The notes: generated by a model from the sequence alone, not told the origin. DNA of 64,000 nt from Leptonemataceae bacterium (GCA_965227295.1 OZ245742.1:864001-928000); one strand, 5' to 3'; positions 1 through 9,568 are shown, counted from the stretch's first letter. A program made the numbers and translations.

Positions 1-919
1 ATACAAAAATGTAGTCGCCCTCATCGTCCAGCCAGCCGTCCGAGCGACCGAAGCGCAGATCCTGAAATACGACGGCATCCTCCGCGTTCCGCCGGGCCTG
101 GAACCAGCCCCGGGAAAACCAGAGTAGCCGACTCACTGCACGCTGCGTCTCGGTACCGGCAATCAGGACGGAGTTCTTCTCCACGGACTGAAACTCGATC
201 GCTCCTCCGTCCAGGTCATCAAAGAACGAATACAGCCCGACCCATATGCGATCCGCGTTACGATCCTCGGCCATGCCCATCCACAGCAACGTCGTCAACG
301 GCCCCGGGGCGACGAAGATGCGTTCGTACTCGATGCCCCGCTGCTCCAGAGAATGTGCAAACTGTTGCTGCGCCGTAAACTTCGCTCCCACGGAAAACGC
401 AAGGTACAGCGTACTGAATGTTAAGCCGGCATAATTCCAGAAGCGCCGCTTAGAACTCGCGCGATCATAGCGGAGCGCGACGATCAACGCGCCGGCCAGG
501 GGCAGCGTATACAGCGGATCGATGATGAAGATCGAGCCCAGGGCCGCCGGATAATCGCTGAAAGGCATGAACAACTGCGTGCCGTAGATGGTGAAGTAGT
601 CCAGGATCGGATGCGTAACGATGGCGGCGAAGAACACGAGCCACCAGTCGCGGAACGTCGCGTCCCCGCGCCGGTGAAAGAAACGATGCACGAGCCAGCC
701 GAGAATCGGTGCTGCAATGATCGCAAACAAAAACGAATGACTGATGCCCCGGTGCATGGCGAGTTGCTGCACCGGGCCCAGAAAGGGATTCAACAGAATG
801 TCCAGATCGGGGATGGTACCACCGACGGCGCCCCAGGCCGCGGCCCGCCCCCCCGCTTTCTTTCCGGCGACGGCTTCGCCCACCGCGGCGCCGAGGGCGA
901 TCTGAGTTACGGAATCCAT
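1..919 (-). CDS. Inner-membrane metal-dependent hydrolase (YdjM/DUF457-like), 3' end beyond the window edge
   Basis: Not in the ORF track. Manual translation from ATG at 919 gives MDSVTQIALGAAVGEAV...GTIPDLD...HRGISHS...THPILDYFTIYGTQLF...SIFIIDPLYT, the typical family motifs; the frame stays open to position 1. Confidence 0.85.
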   Translation of the reverse strand, partial: MDSVTQIALGAAVGEAVAGKKAGGRAAAWGAVGGTIPDLDILLNPFLGPVQQLAMHRGISHSFLFAIIAAPILGWLVHRFFHRRGDATFRDWWLVFFAAIVTHPILDYFTIYGTQLFMPFSDYPAALGSIFIIDPLYTLPLAGALIVALRYDRASSKRRFWNYAGLTFSTLYLAFSVGAKFTAQQQFAHSLEQRGIEYERIFVAPGPLTTLLWMGMAEDRNADRIWVGLYSFFDDLDGGAIEFQSVEKNSVLIAGTETQRAVSRLLWFSRGWFQARRNAEDAVVFQDLRFGRSDGWLDDEGDYIFV

Positions 920-986
920 CGCGACAAAAAAATCAACGCGGGAAATTTCGGCGACCCTTTTGGCGCGCGGAGTTCGTAAAGCGAGG

Positions 987-1889
987 CTACAAGCCCTGTG
1001 CGTGCCTGTCCCATCCCCGCCCCGCGATCAAAACGCGATCGATGCCGGCGTAGTCTTTGCGAATGCGAGCGTACTCGTACACCTCACCCGCAAAATCCAG
1101 CAGCTCCGCGGCCCAACGCGATCCCAATTCCAGAACAACGGCACCACCGAACACTAACCTCTTGTAAGATTCGATTAAGATTTCGCGGTACAACGCCGGA
1201 GGATCGTCATGAAACAGCGCCAGAGCGGGATCGAAGTTCGCCACGCCCGGACCCAGCCCCGCGCGTTCGTCGGGATGAATATACGGCGGATTACAGGCGA
1301 TCGCGTCGAATTGCGTATCCGGCAAATTCGCGTAGAGATCGCTCTCAAGGAAACGGCAGCGAGATTGCTGTTCCCCGGAAGCGAAGAGCGCCTGCAAATT
1401 TTCCCGCGCGACGGCCAGGGCGGCCGGAGAAACATCGCTGAGCGAAAGATCGAGATCGGGCCGCTCGGCGAGCAGGGACAGGCCGATACAACCGGAGCCG
1501 CAGCAAAGATCCAGTACCCGCGCCCCGATCGGTAACGGTTCGCGCGCATCGGAAGGATTGAGCAGCTCGTCGACGAGTAACTCGGTTTCGGGACGGGGAA
1601 CCAGGACGTCGGCATTCACCCGGAACACGCGCCCGTAAAATTCTTTGCGGCCGGTGATATGAGCGAGCGGCTCTCCGGTTGCCCGGCGTCGCACGCGTTC
1701 CGCAAAGTTCGCCGCCGTCGCCGCGGCCAGGCCAGTGTCCGCAAGACGTTCCTCAATCGAACGACCGCGTAACATCAAACGATCGACACCTAAGAGATCG
1801 GCGAGTAAAAGCTCCGCCTCGAAACGCGGAGACGGAATGCCGGCCCGCCGCAATTGCTCCACGGCGGGACCGAGCAGTCCTTCGATCAA
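987..1889 (-). CDS. prmC: Release factor glutamine methyltransferase PrmC/HemK
   Basis: GEPLAHITG, VLVPRPETE, LDLCCGSGCIG and NPPY motifs; the TTG start overlaps the upstream stop. Confidence 0.93.
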   Translation of the reverse strand: MIEGLLGPAVEQLRRAGIPSPRFEAELLLADLLGVDRLMLRGRSIEERLADTGLAAATAANFAERVRRRATGEPLAHITGRKEFYGRVFRVNADVLVPRPETELLVDELLNPSDAREPLPIGARVLDLCCGSGCIGLSLLAERPDLDLSLSDVSPAALAVARENLQALFASGEQQSRCRFLESDLYANLPDTQFDAIACNPPYIHPDERAGLGPGVANFDPALALFHDDPPALYREILIESYKRLVFGGAVVLELGSRWAAELLDFAGEVYEYARIRKDYAGIDRVLIAGRGWDRHAQGL

Positions 1890-2194
1890 GACGTGCCGGA
1901 AGACGACGGCGGGGTGGACGAACCGCCGCCGCCGACCTGGGAAAGGACGTTGCGGGTAAGTTCACCGGCGGAACGGTTTGTGTTGCGCACGAGATCGTAA
2001 AAACCCGTGATCATCCCATCCTGGAAGTCCTTGATCTGCTGACCGGCGTCCCCCAGGGGCACGTACTGGCCGACTGTTTCCAGGGCGGTGTTCGCAAACT
2101 CGCGATGATACTGTTCCACGGTGCTGGCGCCGTTATCGATGGCGGTTTCCACATCCTGCTGAACCTTTTTGATTTCGGAAAGATCTCCAAACAT
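1886..2194 (-). CDS. Small hypothetical helical protein
   Basis: ORF between co-oriented genes; GAGAGG RBS before ATG at 2194; stop overlaps the prmC start. Confidence 0.7.
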   Translation of the reverse strand: MFGDLSEIKKVQQDVETAIDNGASTVEQYHREFANTALETVGQYVPLGDAGQQIKDFQDGMITGFYDLVRNTNRSAGELTRNVLSQVGGGGSSTPPSSSGTS

Positions 2195-2259
2195 AGCGTT
2201 ACCTCTCTTCAACAAGTGCTGCCATGCTTCCGTCCCGAACGCAACCATTAATTGCGCGC

Positions 2260-3138
2260 TCATTCATAGCGGCGCACGCACTGCTCCAGTTGACCCACAT
2301 AAGAATCACCAAAGATATTCACGTGCACCAGGAGCGGATAGATCTGCCAGAAGGCCGTGCGTTCGGCGTAGCCGTCGGCCAGGCCTGAGCGACTCACAAT
2401 CTCCTGCAGGGAATCCGCACTCAGCGGGCAGCCGAAGAGTTCCAGCATGCCGAGGTCCTGCTCCGGATTGCCGTAGGCGATCGACGGGTCGATGAGATAG
2501 AAGCGGCCGCCGGGACCGCGCAGCAGATTGCCGGACCAGAGGTCTCCGTGGATCAACCGCGGCCGAACTCGATTGAGGGACCAGTCCTCGATGCGGGAGC
2601 GCACCACCGCTTCGATGCGCCCTGCGAACGCCCGGTCCAGGCGACGGCTCGCTTCCCTGGCGCGACGGATCTGCGCCTCGATGCGATCCTCCCACCAGAA
2701 TTCCGCGAAGGAATCGTGCTGGCGATTGGGTTGGGGCAGAGTGCCGATGAAGTTGTCCTCATGCCAGCCGTAGTGATTCGCCTCACCCGTGTACAAACGC
2801 ACCAGGTCCTCGACCAGGTTCCGCGCCGGATCCATGCCGGAACCGTGCTCCGGTTCGAGGAAGTCCATGAGGATCAACGCCGCCCGCGACGAAGCGGCCG
2901 TGTGGTAACCGTAACAATGCGGCGCCGGTGCACCCGCGCGCGTGAGGGCCTGTAGAGCATCGGACTCGGTGCGTGCCATGCGCGGGGACTTCACCGTCTT
3001 CGCGGCCAGAAGGCGACCATCGGCCAATTCCACCCGATACAACGGAAAGAGACTCCGCGAATGAAACTGAATCGAGACCGGCTCCGCCTCCGGCAGAAGT
3101 TCCCGCAGGCTGTCCCGGATCAGGGCCTCGTCGCTCAT
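2260..3138 (-). CDS. Fructosamine kinase family protein
   Basis: YGWHEDNFIG..PQPN, LIHGDLWSGN, IDPS..YG..EQDL and YPLLVHVNIFG motifs; ATG at 3138 overlaps the egtB stop (ATGA). Confidence 0.9.
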   Translation of the reverse strand: MSDEALIRDSLRELLPEAEPVSIQFHSRSLFPLYRVELADGRLLAAKTVKSPRMARTESDALQALTRAGAPAPHCYGYHTAASSRAALILMDFLEPEHGSGMDPARNLVEDLVRLYTGEANHYGWHEDNFIGTLPQPNRQHDSFAEFWWEDRIEAQIRRAREASRRLDRAFAGRIEAVVRSRIEDWSLNRVRPRLIHGDLWSGNLLRGPGGRFYLIDPSIAYGNPEQDLGMLELFGCPLSADSLQEIVSRSGLADGYAERTAFWQIYPLLVHVNIFGDSYVGQLEQCVRRYE

Positions 3139-4427
3139 TCGGCCAGACGCAGCCCGCTGAACTGCCAGCGCTGGTACGATTGAAAAAAGTTCCGGTACGA
3201 AGCGCGAGCATGGCCGCGAGGCGTGGCGCAGGATCCGCCGCGCAGTACCATCTGGTCGCTCATGAACTTTCCGTTGTACTCGCCGAGGGCGCCGTCCAGA
3301 GGACGATACCCGGGATACGGAAGATAGGCGCTCCCGGTCCACTCCCAAACATCGCCGAACATTTGCAGGAGCGCGCTATAGTCGGATGAATGCCCGAGGT
3401 CCGGAGGCTCTGGATGACAGCGACTGCCGTCCGCAAAGTTGCCGGCGTGGGGATCGAGATTCTGCCGGCGCGCGGCGACCTCCCATTCCGCTTCGGTCGG
3501 CAGGCGCCTGCCCGCCCAGGTCGCGTACGCGTTCGCCTCGTAAAAGCTTACGTGACAGACCGGTTCGTTCGGATCCACCTCGCGAAAACCGCCCAGGGTA
3601 AACGCAAACCACTTGCCGTCGCGTTCTTCCCAGTACAGCGGCGCCCGCCAGCCTTCGTTCTGCACTTTCGCCCATCCATCGGACAACCACAGACGAAAGT
3701 CATGATAACCGCCGTCGCGAATGAACTCAATGTACTCACCGCAACTGACCGGACGGTTCGCCAGACGAAAATCTTCTAAGTAAGTACGATGCCGCGGACC
3801 TTCGTTGTCATAGTGAAACGGACCGTCGTCTTCCGTTGCATAACCGATCTCGTGGACCCCGCCTTCGAACTCGACGAAACGCAGGTCCGCAGCACTTCGA
3901 CCACTCACCCAGGCACCGTCTTCGCGGTAGACCGGATGCAACGGACTTTGCGCCAGGATGTGCTTGAGGTCCGTAAACAACAACTCCTGATGCTGCTGTT
4001 CGTGGTGCAGACCAATCTCCACAACATCGCAAAATTCGGCGGCACGCTCCGCCGGCAATCGCTCGACCAGTCGGCGAAAATGTTCATCTACATAATGACG
4101 ATACTCGTAAACCTGCTCTACCGTAGGCCGGGAAAGATGACCGCGGCGCGGCCGGGCCCAGCGCTCACCGACGCTTTCGTAGTAAGAATTGAAAAGATAA
4201 CCGAATTGCGGATGAAACTCGGAGTACGAGGCATCGAATTTTTTTAACACGAAGGTTTCAAAGAACCAGGTGACGTGTGCTATGTGCCACTTCGGCGGGC
4301 TGACGTCGTCCATGGTCTGCACGACGTAGTCTTCGACGACGAGGGGACCGCAGAGATTCTCGGTGAAGGCGCGCACCCCGTCAAACCGGCGGGCAATTTC
4401 AGCGGTGCGATCGGTGATGGTGAGCAT
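3135..4427 (-). CDS. egtB: Ergothioneine biosynthesis sulfoxide synthase EgtB
   Basis: DinB-like N-terminus with KWHIAH and HHEQQHQELL iron ligands; FGE-like C-terminus with GDVWEW, GEYNGKFM, LRGGS and YRNFF. Confidence 0.92.
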   Translation of the reverse strand: MLTITDRTAEIARRFDGVRAFTENLCGPLVVEDYVVQTMDDVSPPKWHIAHVTWFFETFVLKKFDASYSEFHPQFGYLFNSYYESVGERWARPRRGHLSRPTVEQVYEYRHYVDEHFRRLVERLPAERAAEFCDVVEIGLHHEQQHQELLFTDLKHILAQSPLHPVYREDGAWVSGRSAADLRFVEFEGGVHEIGYATEDDGPFHYDNEGPRHRTYLEDFRLANRPVSCGEYIEFIRDGGYHDFRLWLSDGWAKVQNEGWRAPLYWEERDGKWFAFTLGGFREVDPNEPVCHVSFYEANAYATWAGRRLPTEAEWEVAARRQNLDPHAGNFADGSRCHPEPPDLGHSSDYSALLQMFGDVWEWTGSAYLPYPGYRPLDGALGEYNGKFMSDQMVLRGGSCATPRGHARASYRNFFQSYQRWQFSGLRLAE

Positions 4428-4432
4428 ACTAC

Positions 4433-4461
4433 AGAATGGATGCAGTTTTGCGAAGGGTCAA
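4433..4461 (-). promoter_or_regulatory. Putative sigma70 promoter of egtB (likely leaderless mRNA)
   Basis: TTGACC-17 nt-CATTCT ending 5 nt before the egtB ATG; no SD sequence. Confidence 0.55.
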
Positions 4462-4473
4462 GAACGGTCCGAT

Positions 4474-4575
4474 CAAAAAGAAGAGCGCGGGTCGCCGGGA
4501 TTCAATGAACAGGTGTAAAGCCTAAAGCCCTGGCGATGATCAGAAGGGGATCGAAACAGGGCCGGCGACCCGCGC
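4474..4575 (-). ncRNA. Candidate small structured RNA (unassigned)
   Basis: Perfect 14-bp inverted repeat (4485-4498/4562-4575) enclosing sub-hairpins; on the minus strand a TATGAT lies 7 nt upstream and a T-rich tail follows. Confidence 0.4.
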
Positions 4576-4688
4576 AATGACCATCATAAACAACTATACA
4601 AAAAGATAGGAATTAGAAAATTTCTCCGGCCTGGATTTTTTATCCACACTTTATTCGTGTGCGAGCGCGAGGTGCTCATTTCGACCGC

Positions 4689-4707
4689 GTGTACAATTCA
4701 TGTGCAC
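4689..4707. promoter_or_regulatory. Imperfect palindrome, candidate enhancer-binding protein site
   Basis: GTGTACA-attca-TGTGCAC about 155 bp upstream of a sigma54 promoter. Confidence 0.35.
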
Positions 4708-4862
4708 AGGCACTGCCCTCATTTTGAGCATATTTTTTGAAGATTGGACGGGAATCCCGATTTCCTCCCGCAGAATCATGCATTCGTGTTCAAATTCCGT
4801 TAAACTTTCGCTAAAAACTGGTAAAAATACAACGCAGACTGGTGCGGCGCACAAAAAAAGAG

Positions 4863-4878
4863 TGGCACAATAATTGCT
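4863..4878 (+). promoter_or_regulatory. Sigma54 (RpoN) -24/-12 promoter
   Basis: TGGCAC-aataa-TTGCT matches TGGCAC-N5-TTGC exactly and lies upstream of an amtB-containing operon. Confidence 0.85.
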
Positions 4879-4961
4879 TTGTATGCATTGCACTATAATC
4901 ATGTAGCAGTGCTTCAGTCCTCTTCTATACTGTGGAGCAGACTGAATGGAGGCGTAAGGCC

Positions 4962-6755
4962 ATGATCGAGATAAAATTCGGCAAACGCAAAGTCGTAAGT
5001 TACCGCGGCAACCGCATGGTGGTGGGCGGTCTCACGGCCAAGAACAAGATCGACATCCTCTTGTACATCAGCAAGGAGCTGGCGAACACGAACAGCCAGG
5101 ACGAGCTGTACGACCGGGTCCTCGGACTCTGCGAGGAGATCTTCGAGGTCGACAACGTTACCCTGCGTCTCTGGGACGGTGAGTCCCTGCATCCCCATCG
5201 ATTCCTGAAAGAAACGGATCCGCCGCGCCGGGACCTGGAAGAAGGCGAAGGCTATTCCGGCCAGGTTCTCGCCACGCGCACGTCGCTTCTCGTCCCGGAC
5301 CTCGCCCGGCACCCGGAACTCATCGACGAGGGCGAGACCACGCTCTGCGTCGTCTGCGTACCCGTCATGTACAAGGACACGGTGCTCGGAACGATCTCTG
5401 TAGAAAAAGACATCCAGTACTTCTACAAGCAGGACGACCTGGAAATTCTCGAGGCTCTGGCTTCGCAGCTCGGTCTCGCTCTAAACGAGGTTCGCCTCAT
5501 CGAAGGTCTCATCGATGCGCAGAAACGTATCAACGACGACCTGAAGATGGGCCGCATCGTGCAGGGGCAGATCGTGCGCACGGACATTCAACCGTGGAAC
5601 AGCGTACACTTCGGCTGCCACTACGAACCCATGGTGGAAGTCTCCGGGGACTACTTCGACGTCATTCGCAAAGGCAACTCACTCTCCGTCCTCGCGGCGG
5701 ACGTATCCGGCCACGGTGTTTCCGCGGCCCTCGTTACCGTCACGATTCACCATGAATTCCAGCGCTGCGTGGATGCCGGCATGGGCCTGCCCGAAATCAT
5801 GGAAGCCCTGGGCGAGTCCATTCGGCCCAAGCTGCCGGACGAAACGTACTTCACCGCTCAGATCTTTCGCATCTACGCGGATCAGAGCTATTCGTTCGTA
5901 AATGCCGGTCACAATAAGTTAATCCACTACGTGCGTCAGTCGAATTCGTTTGATCAGATCGACGCTCCCGGCATTCCGCTCGGAATCGTACAGGCCCACC
6001 GGAACGACTACCAGGAAATCTTCGGCAAACTCGAACCCGGGGACATCCTCATCTCTTACTCCGACGGCTTCATTGAACAACGCAACGAGCAGGGCGAAGA
6101 GACCGGCCTCGAACGTCTGCTCTACTGGCTGCACGACGAGAACTCAAAGCTCATGGAACTGGAACCGGGCTTTACCGTTTCCAGGCTGGCGGATCAGGTG
6201 GTGGAACGCTGGAAAGAGCACGTGGGCAACGTCCCGCGGCAGGACGACGTCAGCATGGTTATGGCCATGGCGAACCCGAAACTTCCGGAAGCGCAGGATC
6301 TGTACAAAAAAGCCCGCAAGGCTCTCAGTGACGGCCAGTCCTCACGAGCGCTGAGCTACGGCACCTCGGCCTACCAGTTGGAGCCGTCTTTGCACGATAA
6401 CCTCTTGCTGATCGCGAAGCTCTACTACCGGGACGGCGACTACGAGACGGCAGCGAAGTACTTAGAAGAATACGTAGAAACCAGCGGGGAGCGTAGCGCC
6501 CAGACGTTCTTCATGCTCGGCAACATCTATTACAAAGGCGGCGAATTCCTGAAGGCGAAGCGTGAGTTCAAGCAGTCGCTTTCGGTCGATCACGCCTTCA
6601 GCGACTCCAGCCTCATGCTGGCCCGCTGCTACTTGAAAGAAAAACAAAGTCCCAAGGCGGTCAAAACTCTGCGCCAGGCGATCAAGAGTTCGCCGGGCAA
6701 CGATCAACTGCGCCAGGCGCTGGCAAAGATTGAACAACAGCAGACGGGAGCATAA
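4962..6755 (+). CDS. GAF + SpoIIE/PP2C phosphatase + TPR protein
   Basis: GGAGG RBS then ATG at 4962; GAF domain; PP2C motifs VSGDYFD, ADVSGHG, YSDG and DDVS; C-terminal TPR repeats. Confidence 0.9.
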   Translation: MIEIKFGKRKVVSYRGNRMVVGGLTAKNKIDILLYISKELANTNSQDELYDRVLGLCEEIFEVDNVTLRLWDGESLHPHRFLKETDPPRRDLEEGEGYSGQVLATRTSLLVPDLARHPELIDEGETTLCVVCVPVMYKDTVLGTISVEKDIQYFYKQDDLEILEALASQLGLALNEVRLIEGLIDAQKRINDDLKMGRIVQGQIVRTDIQPWNSVHFGCHYEPMVEVSGDYFDVIRKGNSLSVLAADVSGHGVSAALVTVTIHHEFQRCVDAGMGLPEIMEALGESIRPKLPDETYFTAQIFRIYADQSYSFVNAGHNKLIHYVRQSNSFDQIDAPGIPLGIVQAHRNDYQEIFGKLEPGDILISYSDGFIEQRNEQGEETGLERLLYWLHDENSKLMELEPGFTVSRLADQVVERWKEHVGNVPRQDDVSMVMAMANPKLPEAQDLYKKARKALSDGQSSRALSYGTSAYQLEPSLHDNLLLIAKLYYRDGDYETAAKYLEEYVETSGERSAQTFFMLGNIYYKGGEFLKAKREFKQSLSVDHAFSDSSLMLARCYLKEKQSPKAVKTLRQAIKSSPGNDQLRQALAKIEQQQTGA

Positions 6756-6759
6756 TCGT

Positions 6760-8178
6760 ATGCGCAAAAACTTCCACATCGTTCTCATTACCCTGACACT
6801 TCTCTGTGCGGGGAGCGGCGTCGTGTTCGCACAGGATGCCGAGGCCGACGGCACGGAAAACACGCCGTCCATAGAATCCCTGCAAGAGGAAAATCGCAAG
6901 TTAAGCGAAAGCCTCGAAACCTTCAAAGGCGACGTGGACATCCTCTGGATTTGTCTCGCGGCCTTTCTGGTATTCGCCATGCAGCCCGGCTTTGCCTTTG
7001 TCGAAGCCGGCTTCATTCGCACCAAGAACGTCGTGAACCTGCTCATGAAGAACCTGGTGGATTTCAGCGCGGGTTCGTTGTTCTTCTGGCTCTCCGGGTT
7101 TTCGCTGATGTTCGGTCCGTTGCTGATCTCCGGCATCGGCCTGGGAGACCCTGGTCTCGCGCATCCGCTGTTGAACGACTCCGACGGCAATCCGGTGAAA
7201 TGGAACTACGCGTTCTTCATTTTCCAGCTCGTGTTCTGCGCCACGGCCGCCACGATCGTTTCCGGCGCCATTGCGGAACGCACGAAGTTCCACGCCTACA
7301 TCGTCAGTACCATCATCATCTCCGGGTTCATTTATCCGATCTTCGGCAGCCTGGCGTGGTCGAATCTGTTCGTCGGCGACAACGTCGGCTACCTGGCGGA
7401 GATCGGCTTCATCGACTTCGCGGGCTCTACCGTGGTCCACAGCGTCGGTGGTTGGCTCGGACTCGCCGGCGCCATCATCGTCGGACCGCGCATCGGTAAG
7501 TATCAAAGCGACGGCGCCATCTTGCCGATATTCGGACACAACATGTCCATGGCCACCCTCGGCGCCTTTCTGTTATGGTTCGGCTGGTTCGGCTTTAACC
7601 CGGGCAGTACCACCGCTGTCGGCGGCGGCGACCTGGCGGTCATTGCGGTCACGACGAATATTGCCGCGGCCTGTGGCGGTCTCGGAGCCATGATTACGTC
7701 CTGGCTTCTGTTTCGCCGCCCGGACATCAGCATGATGATCAACGGCGTGCTCTCCGGTCTCGTGGCGATCACGGCGCCGTGCGCGAACGTCAGCATCCCG
7801 GGCGCCGCGGCCATCGGCGTCATAGCCGGCATCATCTGCGTTTTCTCGGTTATCTTCTTCGATAAGATTCGCGTCGACGATCCCGTCGGTGCGATTTCCG
7901 TACACGGCGTCGGCGGAGCCTGGGGCACACTGGCCGTGGGCATCTTCGCGCATCCGCAGTTCGGCGGAACCGCCGGCCTCATCCACGGCGGCGGCTTCGA
8001 ACTCCTGGGCATTCAGGCCATCGGCGTCGGACTCGGTTTCGCCTGGGCCTTCGGTTGCGGACTGATTCTGTTCGGCTTGATTCGACTGACGATGGGCATG
8101 CGCGTGAGCGAAGAAGAAGAACTGGAAGGACTCGATATCATCGAACACGGCAACCAGGCGTATCCGGAATCCGCGTGA
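6760..8178 (+). CDS. amtB: Ammonium transporter
   Basis: MQPGFAFVEAG, FQLVF, SGAIAER, DFAGSTVVH, WFGWFGFN and DDPVGAISVHG; N-terminal signal peptide. Confidence 0.95.
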   Translation: MRKNFHIVLITLTLLCAGSGVVFAQDAEADGTENTPSIESLQEENRKLSESLETFKGDVDILWICLAAFLVFAMQPGFAFVEAGFIRTKNVVNLLMKNLVDFSAGSLFFWLSGFSLMFGPLLISGIGLGDPGLAHPLLNDSDGNPVKWNYAFFIFQLVFCATAATIVSGAIAERTKFHAYIVSTIIISGFIYPIFGSLAWSNLFVGDNVGYLAEIGFIDFAGSTVVHSVGGWLGLAGAIIVGPRIGKYQSDGAILPIFGHNMSMATLGAFLLWFGWFGFNPGSTTAVGGGDLAVIAVTTNIAAACGGLGAMITSWLLFRRPDISMMINGVLSGLVAITAPCANVSIPGAAAIGVIAGIICVFSVIFFDKIRVDDPVGAISVHGVGGAWGTLAVGIFAHPQFGGTAGLIHGGGFELLGIQAIGVGLGFAWAFGCGLILFGLIRLTMGMRVSEEEELEGLDIIEHGNQAYPESA

Positions 8179-8208
8179 GAGCCCGCGCAGTAGTGCACGG
8201 CGTTAGTT

Positions 8209-8880
8209 TTAGAAAATTTCGCGAAAGGGATCGCCGCCGCTGAGGTGGGCGGTGTCGTTCCAGGCCATCAATCGAAAGTAGCCGCCGTGATCGCGGGCAA
8301 AGACGCGACTTACGGCGGTGTTTGCTTTCAGGGCCCGCAGTGCAAAGTGCGGGCCGGTTTCCATTAAGACGGCGCCGAGGCATCGCAACAGGTTCCCGTG
8401 AGCCACGATAAACGTGCGGTGCACGTCTTTTTCCGCAACGGCGTCGACGGGCGCCAACGCCCGGCTCCAATCCGTACGGAAGTTGCGGCAACGATTCATG
8501 ACGTCCAGCAGGCTCTCGCCGTTCGGATAACGAACGTCCACGGAACGGCGGATGTTCTTCAGTAATTCCGCATCCACCTCATCGTTGCGGCGACCTTCCC
8601 AGTCCCCGCAGCGAATTTCGCGCAGATCATCGTGCAGGCCTTCGTCCGGCAGCGCACGGCTCACCGCTCCTCGAATGAGTTGCGACGTCTGACGGGCCCG
8701 TCCCTGAGGCGAACAGTACCAACGATCGATGTGGATGCCGGAACGCTCCAGGGCCTCGCCGAGCAGCACGGCCTCGTTGCGCCCGCGCTCGGTAAGGGGC
8801 GAGTCGAGACCGCCCTGCATACGGCCCTCGCGATTGTACTCGGTTTCTCCGTGACGGACTAAGATGATTTCTGTATACAT
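8209..8880 (-). CDS. Histidine phosphatase (phosphoglycerate mutase) family protein
   Basis: LVRHGET, RARQT, LREI..GDWEG and VAHG motifs. Confidence 0.9.
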   Translation of the reverse strand: MYTEIILVRHGETEYNREGRMQGGLDSPLTERGRNEAVLLGEALERSGIHIDRWYCSPQGRARQTSQLIRGAVSRALPDEGLHDDLREIRCGDWEGRRNDEVDAELLKNIRRSVDVRYPNGESLLDVMNRCRNFRTDWSRALAPVDAVAEKDVHRTFIVAHGNLLRCLGAVLMETGPHFALRALKANTAVSRVFARDHGGYFRLMAWNDTAHLSGGDPFREIF

Positions 8881-8893
8881 TAAGCGGTTGATA

Positions 8894-9568
8894 TCACCAA
8901 TCGTAGAAGCGAATCTCCGAGATGCAGGTATCCGGGGCCTTCGCGCCCTCGGAATCCACGGCAAGGATTTTCACTTCCAGGCCCTGGTAATCCATGGCGG
9001 TCATGTCCTGGGTGAACATGGGGCGGAAGTCCAGGTACTGCTTCTTGGGGAATGCGTTGCGGCCGGAGATCAGTTCACCGACAACGTAGGCCTCGTACGA
9101 ATCCTCGGCCTTCGCTTCGGCCGTTTTGCGAAACTGAACACGTATCCTTTTCACGCGATGATTGTTGCGCCACACGGCCGGATTCCTCGCGTAGCCGGGA
9201 ACGATCATCATGGCGGCGGGCACGTGGGTTTCGGTAAACACGTAGTTTACCTGTTCGTATCTACCGGGCCCGTCCGCGCCTTCGCACCACGCCGTCGACC
9301 GATCGTCGTCGCTCAGGTTGGCAACACCGTAGCGGCTGTCGGGAGCCAGCGTGCTCGACGCTTCCACGGAAGCCACGGCCTTCACCCGGCTAATGTCCAG
9401 CGGTTCGCCGACGGGGGTGCCGTCGTACCACAACAAACGCTTCGGTTGAAAGACGGCCTTCGAAACGGGCTCGTCCTCGGCTCCAGCCGGAGTACACGCC
9501 GTAAGCGCCGTAAATGTGAGCATCGTAAGAAGGGCGAAACTGTATCTGATGATTCCCATTGACCTCAT
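8894..9568 (-). CDS. Putative lipoprotein with discoidin/glycan-binding-like domain
   Basis: Hydrophobic N-terminus with LTAC lipobox; D...TAWCEG..G.G and CISEIRF pattern. Confidence 0.7.
   Translation of the reverse strand: MRSMGIIRYSFALLTMLTFTALTACTPAGAEDEPVSKAVFQPKRLLWYDGTPVGEPLDISRVKAVASVEASSTLAPDSRYGVANLSDDDRSTAWCEGADGPGRYEQVNYVFTETHVPAAMMIVPGYARNPAVWRNNHRVKRIRVQFRKTAEAKAEDSYEAYVVGELISGRNAFPKKQYLDFRPMFTQDMTAMDYQGLEVKILAVDSEGAKAPDTCISEIRFYDW

Noticed and set aside
4651-4902. 83-aa minus-strand ORF in the egtB/SpoIIE intergenic region
   Set aside because: AT-rich with atypical codon use, and it overlaps the sigma54 promoter and upstream palindrome; better explained as regulatory DNA.
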